A stretch of DNA of 64,000 bases from Laetmonice hystrix (GCA_965235115.1 OZ249436.1:56978001-57042000), one strand, 5' to 3'. Positions 30,201-45,200 are shown, counted from the stretch's first letter. Notes: generated by a model from the letters alone, not told the origin. Translations and numbers: made by a program.

Positions 30201-33200
30201 ATGCCAGGGTCCTCGTTAGATCAGGTAGGAAAGACCCTGTAGCGTGCCTTGAAAAAGCGATGCAAGCCTTTCATCTGCGGAAAGCCAAGTGCGGTATTCT
30301 GAGAGAGTCGGTCTGTTCATGCTGCGACAATTACAGGTTAAAGAGGTTGTTGCTTGTTAGGAGAGCAAGAGGATGGATGATATTAACACTTGAAAGGGGG
30401 AAGATTGAACTCCTGTCAGTGGCTGACAATGCTGTCTCATTCCTGGGATGTATCCCAACATGTGAATAGACCTAAATACATTACAATGTGCAGTTTTGCT
30501 CGCCTTGAACGTACAAAGGGTAGAAGATAGCAGTTCACAGTTAACAAAAATAATAGCCTGTGGGCTTACCGGCGTTTTAGAGTATGAAAAGATACGTGAG
30601 GTAGACTAGGGTATTTAGTACGACTGTTTCTACCCCAAGCACCACCTTCTTTCCTTAGAAATACGTGATAAATATGGTAGCGTGTTGTTTTGATATACGT
30701 AATTCCCCCCAGGTCAGTCAAAATGTGTTGCCAAGGCTAGATGGTGCCTAAAAACCCCTAGAACATAATGAATGGGCCTCCAAGGGAAGGCAAAACAGAC
30801 GTGTTGGTGTGTGGCGAATTGAGTGAGGCAGTCAAAGCCCAGAGTTTGAGTAGGTCTTATATACAAGCAGGTTGTAATTTAACTTTTTAAATTTGTACCT
30901 CGTTTAGTTTGAGAAATCAGGGAATACCATCCAAGAAAGTTTACACAAGAGGTAATGGGACCCCGACGTGTTCTGTATTCACAGCGCTTTTCCCAAAGTT
31001 ATTGATATTTTACAGGTGTCGTATTTTGATGCAAAGTAGAGCATATTGTGCACGACAATACGGAAGTCAGGGGCGACTCGTTGCCAGCTCGTGAAGCGTA
31101 TTGTATGAGGTGATCATATTCAACATGCACGACGCAGTAAGATCCATTCAGGATACACGCATGCATCTAATGAGGTCAGCTCAGCCTTCTTGGCAGCCAC
31201 TTTGTGAGTCGCTGGCGGGCATTCGGGTTGCGAGGCTTCGCATAGCGGATCTCCTTGTTCATCCTCATGTGGGGATATAACCTTGTAAAGGCGGGGGGGG
31301 GGTGACAGAGGACTTGGAGATAAGTCTAGGGTGTGGAGGTCCATGTAACTCCATGTGCGCCGCGGAGGTGGGGGTGGGGGGGGGGGGGGCTGTAGCCGTC
31401 CTGTGTAGAGGGGTTGCACCCCACCCCAGAAGGGTTTTTATCAATGCGTGATACTATTATAGCCTATCATCATTGGGTTATTTTTATTAGAATTTTTTGC
31501 CGTGGTCCTCAGGCTAACAGTGAATCGTTCAGCCATGAATTGACCCTCTTTTGGGAGTACACTCTCAGTAATTAGAAAAAATGCTGCATCCTGTACATTG
31601 GCGAAATGAAATAAATTTGTGATCACGTGACTCGGTGATACAAGGTCAAATATGGAAAAATCTATTGTCGCCACAATCCAGTTACGTTAATGATGCAAGG
31701 TCATTGGGGTACCGGGGTCGTGCTTTTGTTTTCGGCAAGTACAGGTGTAGAAGGGGGCGACCAATCGATGGTGGTCGATGAATGCCTGGAGGCCGTTGGC
31801 CGCTGTCTTACAAGTCCAGGTAATGAATCCCTGAGTGTGAGCCCAGGTAGCTAGTCGCACGTTGCTGCGAAGATTCAAGTTGACATCATTAGAGAGTTTC
31901 ACCAAGTGCAGAATTCCTGAGGCCATCACAGCAGCCCGAATTGAACCCAGCCTGGCCAACTGTAGTTATCAGCTTGAGTATGTCGGCAATGTCCAGACAG
32001 TGTGTATGGAAGTGACGGCAGTGATGAGTCAAACATTACACATCAGTGGATGTCATCTATGAAATATAGCACCGCCGCCGGGATACAAATGAAAATGGGT
32101 TCTTGTTGTGTGGAGAAAATGGGTCCGTCGGATGTGTTTTGTTTGATACCTTGGTCCAGTACCGCAGAATGCACACCGTAAAGCTTGTGGCATTTCTTGG
32201 AAATTGGGCGAATGGCTGGTCGTGGTTGATATATAGGGAAGAGTTGGTCCGAAGAACTTAGTGATATAGAAAACTTGAATATTATAGTTTACAAGATTAT
32301 AATAATTGAAAAGATTATAATAGTCAGAATGATGTCCATGTTATTGTTTGTACTTGGCATTTCTTTCTGTGACATTTGTTAGTTTTTATATTCCAAATCT
32401 GTCTGGGTTTTTTTCATCCTTGTCAAATGTTATGTCATTTATCAGTATTAGTGTCATCCTGGTCATATTTCAGATGAGTGATAGTTTCACATGTGACTGT
32501 CATTATGGGTTAGATTAATAGTTTTTACCAGCAAGCTAAAAATGGTGACATTCAATTGGAATGGATCAGAGGCCACTTAGACGAAACTAGGTCGTGGCTG
32601 AGGGTACGGAAGACCCCCGGTTTCTTGAAGTACCCGGCTTGTCAGCAGTTAACTGGTCATAAACACAAATATAACTTATCATTCTCAGAGGGCTTCGCGT
32701 CCACCCCTTCTCGCCTTACCGTAGACCCTGCAGCCTATAGTGCAGGCAAGGACAGGGTGGTTTTTAAACAGATATTCGTCCATAACATTTTAGTAATGTA
32801 CCTCAATGGCCGGATAGTCGCAAATTAGACAAATGACCCATTCCTGAGGATTATTTAGTTTGGTCCATGTGTATTTAAACTGTTTCGACGCCAAACATCA
32901 TAATGTAGGCCTAATTCATTCTAATTGTGTTCTTTTCCCGCCAAGAAACGTTTTGAAAATTGGTTCCCCCCTCATGACAGTTGAAATGGGATATGAAATG
33001 TACTGGATTTAAAGGCATAAAGCAAGACTTGCTCAGCAAAACAAGCGTAATTCCAGCGATTTTGTCGGCCTGTTAGAAACGTAGGTTGACAGCGTTTTGT
33101 AGAACTTGAGAAGATGTCCATCTGTGAATAGTGGCCCTAACCCCAAGACAGGTAGATGTTTGGGCTCAATGGCGTTTGTAGATCTACATGGCAATCATTG

Positions 33201-36200
33201 AATCATATGGTTAGGGAAAATGTCAGAGTAATTATTAGGGTATATTTCGGTAATTGTCGTACCACAGGGCCCATGACAATGGTTCATGAGATGACCCTTC
33301 TTGTTAACAATAACTGTACGATCCCACCTAGCTGCTTACAAGTCTATACGGCTGGTGTAATGCCCCATTATCAGGCGTGTGCACATCATTGATATAATGC
33401 ATGTTATTCGGAACGATGTTATGAGTAGTTTTAGTGCTAATATCGAAGTCTCCTCACGCTCGCAGGTCATGCAGGCTTTATCATATGTTGGGTCTAATGA
33501 AGAATGGTTTAAGGCTGTTGAGAAACAGGTCATTATTATTTGGTAATCAACAAAACATGCAGAATCGGGAGTGTAGTGCATGACACAGAGTTTCACATTT
33601 GAAAGAATAAATGTTCTCCTGAAATCTTTTTATTTGAACCTGTACATGTTGGGAATGTCTCTCGAACTGTCTGGTTATTCTAACACTGTTTGGCATAATC
33701 ATACTTTTTAATTACCTCAACTCGCCAATAGACCTTAAATACAGTCTTCTCTTATGCAGCCGTCCGACCATGTTAGAATGTATGAGAATTATTCATTATA
33801 TTGACTAGGAACATTTTCCTGCTCTTGCAGACCCCCATATTAAAGTGTGCGGTAAGAGGGAAGCAGTGGCCCTTGCCAAGGACCGTATCCTCAACATCCT
33901 TGACACCAAGGTAAGCGCTATTCGGTTATACGAGGCTTTATTAACATCAAACCGTGCTTCTCATATTCAACGTCTCTGATAGGAAAAAGGCGACAGTGAC
34001 AGTAGAGCAATATAATCTAAAGTATGATATTATCAGGTACAGCTGTGTATAAAATATGGAGCAGATGCTGGAAGGTGCCAATGAATTCTAAAAGGATATC
34101 AAAATGGTTTCTTCTTAAAATTTGTCGGGGTTTTTTAATCAGTATAATATGATACTGGTAATGACTGATTCATGTCAGATAGATGACTATGTCTTGACGT
34201 ATAACTAACGATTATTGCATGATGCTTACTTAATTGGGAGCATACGGGCACTCAGCAACATGAATTTCTAAGTGAAAGTTGTAGTAGGCCTATTGGTTCA
34301 TTGTGTGGAGTCACAAATTTTAAGGTGTAGCGGAATGTCGACCTTAAAGTCTTTGACCTGAAGGAGTTAGGGCACTGCGGTAATTATTACAAGACGACGA
34401 TATATACGTCGGGGAGGTGGGCGGCGCCAGTAGAGTTATAGCTACCGTTAGCCTGATCGCCTCCTTCATCGACCTCTGTAGTTACGTAGCCCTAGGTTAT
34501 GTCCCATATGCCCAGCAAAACACTCGCCTACCAACTCTCACTTCGGGTAAAGACGCCTCATGCAAATGGAGATCAAGCCTTTTAACGTATTCTTTGTGGC
34601 TATGGGTGTTCGTGATTCAGGTAATGGTCATTGACGTTGTAACATGAATAACCATCAAAGTTTCCATGATACATTATGAAATAGGATGTTCGAATTCCGA
34701 TACATGATCCAAATACATGCTCCTGCCTCTTTGTCAATGTCGTTTCTACATGTATAGTGCAATTATAGATGCATCTCGGGAGGTTGATATGATAATGTGG
34801 ATTTATTTTAAGGACATAATTTATGTAGGTTTTTTTTCCTGCTGTGGGCAAAACGAAACAAAATAAAATGAAATATGGAATTTTTTACGTGTCTGTGGGC
34901 TCAAACAGAGTAGTTTCTGTATCGAGCTTCGTTCTGCGCAGTTATTACCCCCACACAACACAGACAGCCCTCGTAAATCTGCAATTGTGGACTCATAAAA
35001 CTGATGGGAGATATGAATGACGACGGCTGGTTTTAAGAAACTGGTTCAAATTGAGTGAACCACTGAGATAGGTTTTATAGTTTCGTACCCCTATTAAAGT
35101 TCCCCCCCCCCCCCCAATCATTGCCGCCTGTAAATTCCACCCGAAATGATCAGTGTGGCAAACTGAGCATCATTATCGTTGATAATGTGGTGTACTAAAA
35201 TTCCTGAGCAGTAACTGAACTTGATGATAGCTACCGGTCTCTCCAAGTCTGTCGGTTCACTCGTCCGATTAGATGTGAGATGTGGATGTCAGGCCTCAGG
35301 ACCTCGAAATTAAAATATTCAGTCTTCCGTGTCCACTGTTTGTAACCCAGGGGGTCAAAACAAAAAGTTGTACCAGCGTCGGCATCGTGGGCAGAAAGGA
35401 TAGGATAACAGGGGAACTCGGCTGGATTAGAAAATGAAGCTATCAAAATATAAATCGGTCCTCTAACATTGCTAAGCTATGTCCGACCAAACAACATAGG
35501 GGGTTCCTTTGTGTATTCCAGAGTGGAACACTACTCATGAGAAAGATCCTTTTTTTACTGGGGACAACATCTTGTATGTACAGCTGACCGGGTGTCTGTG
35601 GCTTGGAGGTGTGGTGACTGAATACAGGTGATAAGGAAGGTGTAATCATACCTGTTGAACTGCCCCAACACCATGCAGGTATGTTTACCTGAGGAACAAC
35701 CATCTTTAGCCGTGTAGAGTCGCGGTGTGAGAGAGGGGACTGGGCTGTGTTTGGGTGCCAACTGGGACACCAACCTTCACACTTGCAACCAAGGCTGGGC
35801 CTCTATTCAAACCCGCATGCAGGGTATACATAGGACCAGTATAATGTGCTATGATATTTAATAGATCATATCCACAGAATATTCTCCTCTATTGTAGGCA
35901 ATGTTATGAGGGTGTAATATGGCAGTCTGAGAGCGATTGATGGAAAAGGGCAAACACAAGTTCTTTGTCGTAGGATGTTGAGTGTCTGTTAGAGATTTCT
36001 ATATTACTGGACTCCAATGTAAAACGCATGTTCCCATACCACGCGTCAAGCGTATTGTCTCTTTTATTTTATATTTAGATATCTGTATTTTGGCATTTTT
36101 GCACAGAAACGGCGCTTTCTAACAACCTTTTTAGATAAAACTCTCGTAACCTAAGTAGAAGGCTAACAGATAGACAAACATGAAGATATATCGAACCTAG

Positions 36201-39200
36201 TTACTGCTGAGTGATGTTTAGCTGTTAGCAGCGGTTTTAAAGTGGCTCTGTTGTAAAATGACATTAATTAAGCTGTGAAAATCACATGTTTAATCCCCCA
36301 TTGTGAGATCAGTGCCATGATCTACCCTCTCCAAGTGTATTGGCCTATGGATTACATACATGGATACAAAACCTGTTCTGCAAAACTCCTGATTGGTTTT
36401 CCTGTTAATGTCATGTGTCTTGTCCCTCATACATATACTTATGACTACGGATATCAATGACGAGCCATGAGAATGCTATTTTAATCGTTTGTCATAGAAT
36501 ACTGTACTTGTAATGACTATGCCAGACCTTGTTATACCTGCTGGCAGACAGTGTAAACCAGCGGCAATGCTGACGTCATGGCAGGGTAAATAAATTTATA
36601 AAAAAATAATAATGACACAACATATGCATACACAAGTCCTGGTTAATCTCCAACTGAATTCAAGGAGTAGCTCTCCAAAGATACGGGGGAGTAAGAGTGT
36701 GTGCATGCATCGGAAAGCATCACAGGTGGCAGACCTCACAAAGAAAGTGTAAAGGTATTAGACCTCAGATAGATAAGGAAGCAGTGAAGGTATTGGACCT
36801 CGCATAGATAAGAAAGCCGTATTAGACCGTGCATACATTGGGAAGGATTACAGGTGTCAGACCCCACAGAGAAAGCGTAAAGGTGCATACATTGGGAAGG
36901 ATTACAGGTGTCAGACCCCACAGAGAAAGCGTAAAGGTGCATACATTGGGAAGGATTACAGGTGTCAGACCCCACAGAGAAAGCGTAAAGGTGCATACAT
37001 TGGGAAGGACTACAGGTGTCAGACCCCACAGAGAAAGCGTAAAGGTGCATGTATACATTGGGGAGGATTACAGGTGCCAGACCCCACAGAGAAAGTGTGA
37101 AGGTATTACTGTATACACCGCGCAGAGATAAGGGCGAAGTGAAAGTGTCGGGAGTCGGCGCAGGTACCCCGCGCTCTGATCCCCCACAAGGGACATATCG
37201 CGTGTCAGGGACGGTCGGAGGTGCCAACCAAATTGGCACAGATTGTACAAAATGAGGGGAGTGAGGTTCAGAGGGACAGGCACACGGCCGCTCCAGGGTA
37301 AAGGCATCAGAATCCACATCAAAGGGTTCGTAGTGATAGTTGCTTCACCACATGGTGGGTAGGCTGGACTGGTGGTGACTGCCAGAGTGTGTGGTCGAGA
37401 CCGGAGACAGCACTAACTGTAACTGAACACTTTCAACGATCTGTTTTGGTTGATCTCCTGCAATTTTCTCTTAATAGTAAAGCAAAGCAGGGCCTAGCTA
37501 TCAAGCAAAGCTTCACTCTTCACAATCTGGCCCCATAAGGTCAGGAAGAGTGGTTTCAAAATATACCCTAGTAAACCTTCTGAAATGATATCTTCCTGGC
37601 TAATTCCTTTGTCTCAGTTACGGGGTTGGTTTGGGTGAATGAAACCCCAAGCTGATTACACTCTTGGGTTTTATCATTGTTATATTTCAGGAAGTGGAGA
37701 GAGGATTGTAATCCTGGAACAGTTCACATTTTGTACAGTAGCATGTATTGTCACACAGCGCTGACACTGTTAACCATACTGTGACTAGCTGTAGTGGGTG
37801 CCAGAGAACAACTGTCTTACCCAGGACGAGGTGCTCGAGCATACATGCAGAAACTGCATGGCAATAATAACCCAGGTATCCGCCAAGTATCACGGCGAGG
37901 TGAAATGTCAGTGGTTTTTGTAACGGGACCAACCCTGCTTTTGTAAAGCACAACTTAAATTAAGATACCACGGAGTGACAGTGATTTATACGCTAACTCT
38001 GTAATTGACAGCAAAAGATAGTACAAATGTACACTGTAAGTATGATGTTGATGCATTAAATTTGATTATCTACCTGCCATGCTCAACACTTCGGATTCTT
38101 ATCGGATCTGAGGCATTGAAAGTGATTTTGTAGCTCCGTGACTTGACTCAAGCAATGTTAATTTGTGATCTAGATTGGATAATTATAGGAAAAATAGGAA
38201 CTGACACTTTCAAGAAAAAGAATAGAGCAAAACTGCTGTAAAAAAGCTCTTGTTCCAATAACACTGTTGGTATATAATTTCATGGCCATTGTGGATCTGA
38301 TGAGTGAGGATTTGATGGCAGTATTATCAGGTCGTAGATTCAGTGCGCTCCTTACATATGTCATCATTACAGTTTTTTGGTTTACGGCTGTCACCTTTGA
38401 GATTTGGATAGAGTCCAGGAGTGAGGGGGTGTCGTGACCTTTGCCATCAGTTTTGAATGCACGCCAGGTGCCTGTCTTTGTCACAGTCTAAGCCGAGTTC
38501 TGGACGGTTCAAATATTAGTTTTACTTTTTTTCCACCAGTCTCACTCAGGGTTTAAAGTTATTGATAAAATGGGAGTCGTGGTTTTGTTTTTGTAGAGTA
38601 ACCGAGTGACGTTGAAGATGGACGTGTCCCATACTGATCACTCACACGTTATCGGGAAAGGTGGCAACAACATAAAACGTGTGATGCAGGAAACGGGTTG
38701 CCACATACACTTCCCGGACTCCAACCGCAACAACCAGGTGGAGAAAAGTAATCAGGTCGGTGTGCTTGACACGGCGTCATGCTTCCCTTCAATAGGGTCA
38801 CGGCCTTCATGATCTTTCGTTAAAATGTTTCTTTCAATGACAATGTTTGAGTTTGGAATTGCTTGGTTGAAAGAGGTCCTTCATTGGTACAAGGTACATT
38901 TGTTCAGAAGGAAAAGGGCATCTTGAAAACATGGTGGTGCTCTTAATTACAGTAGTCACATTTAATGTCAATTAAATTTTTAAAGCAAAAGCCTTGTACA
39001 TGAATGAAAGATATTGAAATCTTTAAAGGTTCTGCTGAAAGATTTCATGAGGGTTCTGTTACCTCTTTACAGGTTTCTATAGCTGGTCAGCCAATAGGTG
39101 TGGAACAGGCCAGAGCAAGTATCAGGGTAAGTAATTACTACTAAACTGTTTTTGTAGATTGGTTATTTATTAATGGCTCTTTAGGCAGTCAGTGTCCGAG

Positions 39201-42200
39201 ATAGCGCTTGCTTTCTGCTGACGGTGCCTCTGGTGTTGTTTGCAGGAGTTGCTGCCACTCGTCTTCATGTTTGAGTTGCCGGTGACGGGAGTGCTGCAGC
39301 CGTTGCCTGACGTAACGTCACCCATCATCAAACAGATAACGCACACATACAGCGTCACCATCACCTTCAAACAAAGGCCACGCGTCCTTGTCACTACCGT
39401 CATTGTTAGAGGTTCCGTCAATAACGCCAAGTCCGTCAAGGAGGCAACCATACTGCTTATTGAGCAGCTCACTGGAAACATGGGGGTTCGTACCTTGCCA
39501 CTCTAGAAATATCATTATTACTTCACGGACTTATAATGCTTTATTACAGAAATTCATCCTGCTATCTTTAGGAGCATGTACCTGATGACAATGATGACAA
39601 TGAATTTTTGGATGATAGTCTTTTGTGTCAATTTTGTTGTTGTATTGTTTGACTACCAAAGAATTTAAAGGTTTTTTTTACCAAAGTGTTAATGATGATT
39701 TGTATGGTAATTTCAGACCTCGATCGCCGTGTCGATGCAGCTGGAGATTGCTCCTCAACACCACCTGTTCATGATTGGGCGAGGCGGTGCCAACATTAAA
39801 GTAATAATGCAGCGTACAGGTGCCAGCATCCACTTCCCAGACCCAAACACAGTCACCCCACAACGTAAAGGCACCGTATATATAACAGGGGCCATCGACA
39901 GCGTCTTTCTAGCAAGGCATCAGCTCATTGTAAGTATCCTTGTATAAAAAGATCAGTTACAATGGTGCTGTTCTACAAATACAAAGACAAGGATTTATCA
40001 AGAAATTAATATTTTTCGTACCAGTATGTGGGGTTATTTTGTTGGTTTTCTCCAATTTTAAAGAGTTGAACGTTTTGAATTATTTAAGTGAAATACGGGC
40101 TGGTAGATTTTATACTTAAGATGTTTTTGGTTGAAAAGTAAACTGGAAACGACATGATATTAGTACTAAAATGAAAATTCGGTACGTGTACTTCTGTTGA
40201 TCGAAACTTTGTGTGAAGGCTATTTTCCCATTCACCTGTGCCACTCAGATTTCTGACCTTCATTGTTGTAAAAGTATTCTCATCCAAAGGCATCTCTGTC
40301 GTCTCTGCATAGTTTTGTCAAATTGTGGGTAATTCCAGTCCAATTCACCTGTTCACTATTGTGATTACTTTAGCAGTTTCAAACCCCACACATTCTCACA
40401 ACGCTATTGACTGATTCTATCATAACCCATAATTACGTCAAGTGTTTGTCATTAAGTCTTTATGTTCAAGCCAGAGGCAAACCGCAGTGGTCTCGGACAA
40501 CTCAGGAAGCGCTTTGGCAATAAATTGGTCTGCTTACCATTGTCCTGGTTGAGATTGATAAGGAAGGAACTTGTTGGTGGCACTATCTTAAAATACCAGA
40601 TGGTGGATCTTTTAGTGTCGGGAAGGGTGACAGGGAACGAGTCAGGTAGACAAAGTGTAACTGAGGGAGGGTGGAGGGCCATTGTTGCCTTGGGAAGAGT
40701 TTCTTTTGGGGCAGCCTGGCCTACACTCATGGGATCATATAATTACAGGCTTCACCTCAAACTAATTTGTGGTGTTAGGATAAGAAGCGGCTTTTAATTT
40801 TTATTTCCTAAAAAAAACAAGAAAGCGGGCGAGGAAGGATTGGGAGATGATATCAGGCCAGTTGACAGCAGACCCTTGTCTGATCATCAGTTGGGTAGTA
40901 CTGCACCTTACTCTCTGTCTGTGGCGATGTTACATACGTGAGCGTTCCCCTCGTGATGAAGCACAATAAAAGCAATTCAAGTTTCAGGTTTGTGTCAGAT
41001 TCACCTAAAGGCCCATGTGGGTCGCAACAAAGGCTTGAATACCAGGGACCACTAGGTAGCTGGCCTCTTGTCTGTTTCCTCGTCATCTTGTAAATACCAT
41101 TGCCGGCGAGGTGACAGTATAATCAGAGGTGCCGGACATACTAATCTTTGCTGGCCCTTTGAACCGAACGGGCATGAAGGATAGGACCTTCCATCTCCCA
41201 CCTTCACCCCCGTACCCATTCCTAAACAGTGTAATTTTCCCCCTGGGAGGAGCTGGAAATGTTGAGGGGGAAACAAGAGTTGCCACGTCTGTGAATCAAA
41301 CCTTTAGCGAATTATCTTTTGCACTATAAAGTTCAAGGAAGGGTCAGCGCATTCACACCTTGACAGAACAAAATATCCCGAACACTGTTTTTCTGCCCTG
41401 GGCGATGAAACTGAAAGAATTGAAAAGGGAATTCCGAGCGCTTAAATCTAACTTGTTGCTGAGTGTAACCATTGGGTTATCTGGAGCTCTCAGAGGGAAA
41501 GGCGCGAAATCTAAGTTAACAAAGTTCTGTGCAGTGGCACGATTATGGGACTGAAGTAACGGTAAATATGGCGTAAGACGTACTTCAAACTCTTAAACTT
41601 AACCAGCCAAAGTCTGCAACAACCAGGTTTGCTTATTCAACCAGAGCAGTGGGTAGAATTCTGCGTTTTCGGCAATGACTTAATAGGAGTAAGTGTAATT
41701 GATGAATCCATATTGTAACGATAAGTCAATGCATGGTTTACGTTTATGTTTTTAAATCCAGTACAGAAGAGAGGCACTGTCATCCGTCATGCCTGTACGA
41801 AGAGTTCTGTTAAATGCTAGTTGATGTTGGGATAGAGAGGGTGGCAGTGGCGGGCTACGTGTCCAGGTTAACGGCACGCAGTGAGCGGCCCGTCGGCCCC
41901 GGCGGCGGCGGCTGTAGCGGAACTGACGACTGAGCCGTTGTCTGACTGACTCGGCCGCCGCCTGCCCCGGTCAGGTGGCAGGCGGTCATCCATTGTGAAC
42001 AGACTTCATGACAGGCGCACTGTTTGCAAGATAAGTCCGCACGGCTCAGGGCTCACCATTATAAAGGCCGACGTTCAGTGTGTGAGGAATTAGTAGACCG
42101 TCCAATAGGGCGGAGGCCAGTAATTTTCATGGTTTTTTTTCTCCCGTTCAGTGAGGCAGTTCTGTTGTTGATAGGCCCCCGGTAGGTCAGCCTGTAGACA

Positions 42201-45200
42201 GACCTCAGTTTAGAGTGTGTCATCATGAGAGGTAGTGAGTGGGACTCTATGTATGTTGTAGTTTGTCAAGGCTCATTGAAGTGGTATATTACTACCTCGC
42301 CAGTGACATTAGGGACTCGTGAGAGGATAATAAGGACCTTCTTGTTGAAGCATTGAAAGCCAGCAGGCCGTAGTGTGATATACTGTTACCTGGCGGGGAG
42401 TATTGTCATTAAATTACCAACTTATTCTAGGGTACAAACTAAAGAGAATGTACCTGGACGTCAAATCAATGGATCTTTGGTGGGTTCCCCCTCGTAAATA
42501 GTCCACGACCATCCAGGTGTCGGCATATCGTGTATATTGAAGTGGACTCGGAGTTTTGCTGAAAGGGGTAATTTAAAAAAACGGTATTATGCCATATACA
42601 CGTATTATGTTTTCACTTATTAGTTGGGCGGAGGTAGTTTGGTTATAAAAATGATGGGACGTTAAAACCTCGAAAAAAGCTCTTCTGCCACTCTACAGCC
42701 CTCTATAGTATCCAGGTTATAACGCTAAAACAAATTCGTAGATCAGTTGATACGACTGTTAGGATTTCGATAACCTCAAGTCAGGTACTCTGCCCATTCC
42801 GTCGTCTTTTAACGTTGGAACAGTGGCTGAGGTTTAACAGATGATTGATAATTGACAAGTGACGTTTGTCTTGTGACAGGGCTGTGGAAAATAACAAGTG
42901 ACGTTTGTCTTGTGACAGGTCTGTGGAAAATAACAAGTGACGTTTGTCTTGTGACAGGGCTGTGGTAATTAACAAGTGACGTTTGTCTTGTGACAGGGAT
43001 GTGGTAATTAACAAATGACGTTTGTCTTGTGACAGGGCTGTGGAAAATAACAAGTGACGTTTGTCTTGTAACAGGGCTGTGGAAAATAACAAGTGACGTT
43101 TGTCTTGTGACAGGGCTGTGGAAAATAACAAGTGACGTTTGTCTTGTAACAGGGCTGTGGAAAATAACAAGTGACGTTTGTCTTGTGACAGGGCTGTGGA
43201 AAATAACAAGTGACGTTTGTCTTGTAACAGGGCTGTGGAAAATAACAAGTGACGTTTGTCTTGTGACAGGGCTGTGGAATATAACAAGTGACGTTTGTCT
43301 TGTGACAGGGCTGTGGTAATTAAGAAGTGACGTTTGCCTTGTGACAGGGCTGTGATAACTAACAAATGACGTTTGTCTTGTGACAGGGATGTGGTAATTA
43401 ACAAACGACGTTTGTCTGTTGACAAGATTGTCGCAATTAACAAGTGACGTTTGTCTTGTGACAGGGCTGCCTTCCTCTGGTGCTGATGTTTGATATGAAG
43501 GAGGACGTGGACATTGACCAAGGTAGGATCGGCTTTATTCTGCACAGTCTGATCATACATATCTAAATCAATTCATTTCTTGTGCCTGATCATCGAACAG
43601 TAACTGTAAGCATTGATGTCAGTTAGAATTAGATCGATCTTCCTAACAAAATCAGCTAAGAACTAATTGGTTATAATTGTTCAGAACATTGGTCCTTTGA
43701 AATGCAGTTTGCTCTTGATAAAAGTATAAGAAGAAGGTAGATTAGGAGATAGTTAAAGGTTCCAGAAATTCCAATCTTGGATTCGCTGAAGCAAGAATCG
43801 CGGTGCACTGAGCAACGGGAGCACCATGGTAGAGACAGGCTGCGCAGAAGGACCATTTTCATAACCAGGCGGCCACCTTAAGAACTTTAAAATTACTCTA
43901 CTTGCCAAAGCATATTGGAAGGCCTACCCGATGTATAAAGGTCTGAGAGTGCATTACTCCCATGCTATGTCTTCAAAGTGTGGACATATTGCCATTCATT
44001 CAAGATTTTTTTCAAATTTTTGTTCAAGTTTGTTCCAGCATTGTAATTGTAGTGGTATTGTGCGTTTTGCTGCCCTCTCTTGTATTCGCTTCACCATTAG
44101 CCACAACATTCCAGTGGGTGACGTCAGAGATTTGATTTTTGTGTCCAACAGGCTGGATATGAGCACTCAAAGAGGACATGCGCCCTTAGATTTCTTTAAA
44201 GGAAACCACGTTATTAAGAAAGATTCCAGCTTAGAAATTTTACCTCCGAGATTTTCCTTTTGATAACACACTTTAAATCTATTGTTCAGAACAGACGCTG
44301 GGCTTCCAGGCCATTATAACGGAAAAGAAGTATACCATTTCAAAAGCCTGTTACAGTTATCTGATTCCTTTCTGATGGTCGGGTAACGGACACTTTGAGA
44401 TCATTTGGTCGTATTTCAATCTCAAAATGAGACTCCACACGCCGGTGGTAGTGGTTAGATATGCCAGCCCAGACAGGGAGGCCGCGTCGTCCACCAGATT
44501 AGTGCGGGAAAAACGCTTCATTTTGTGGTTACATATATATAATGATGATGGGTGGGTTCCTCAACCTGCGCTTAAAGGCTTCAGGTTTCCACTTCGATCG
44601 TATTGTGAAGGGTAACCATGCAGGTAGGCCGCGGCTGGAGTGAATGACTGGCATGCTGAGGCTGGGTGACCGAGTGCGAGGAAGGAGGGTGGGAGGGGAA
44701 CTGCTCAGGGGGCAGAGGAAGTTGTCCTTAGAGGTTCTTCATGAGCCCACTAAGTCTTGTCATTGTCCCCTCGCCCCCATGGAAGTCTGTCCTGTTCTGT
44801 ACATGTGAGGCCTCGTAGAGGTTTTTATATATTTGCTCAGGTGAGCTGTATTTATATTGGTAACAGGCACAGGTGTTAAAGTAAACCTGTTATTTGCCAG
44901 TGATGAGGTAGCTATAACGGAGTACCTGACTGCCCTCATCTAGAAACGCTACGTTATGCTTCAGGTGATAGAATTCTGAGAATCTGATACCTATGTTAGG
45001 TTTTAGTTTAGGACATTGCCTTATTAAAGGTTTATCATTGCAGTGGCGTAGCGTGCCTGAGTGTCGTAGGACAAGACTGATATTCTGATGGTTTCATGCT
45101 GTTTCCTTTGCTTTTTACAGCACGCATCAGCCAACTAATGGAACAACTTGATGTCTTCATTAGTGTGAAACCCAAACCAAAGCAACCCAGTAAAGTAAGT

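Noticed and set aside
36736-37317. 193-aa ORF with [18 protein letters not shown] repeats
   Set aside because: Produced by the 54-bp minisatellite; no splice or domain support.
42855-43464. Paired GTGAC motifs in the 39-bp unit as BicC autoregulatory binding sites
   Set aside because: They resemble GAC-type Bicc1 KH targets, but the array is intronic and BicC acts in the cytoplasm; the motif is short and common.
42781-43560. 259-aa minus-strand ORF with ([13 protein letters not shown])n
   Set aside because: By-product of a 39-bp (multiple of 3) array. It lies antisense to a real BicC exon and has no recognisable domain.
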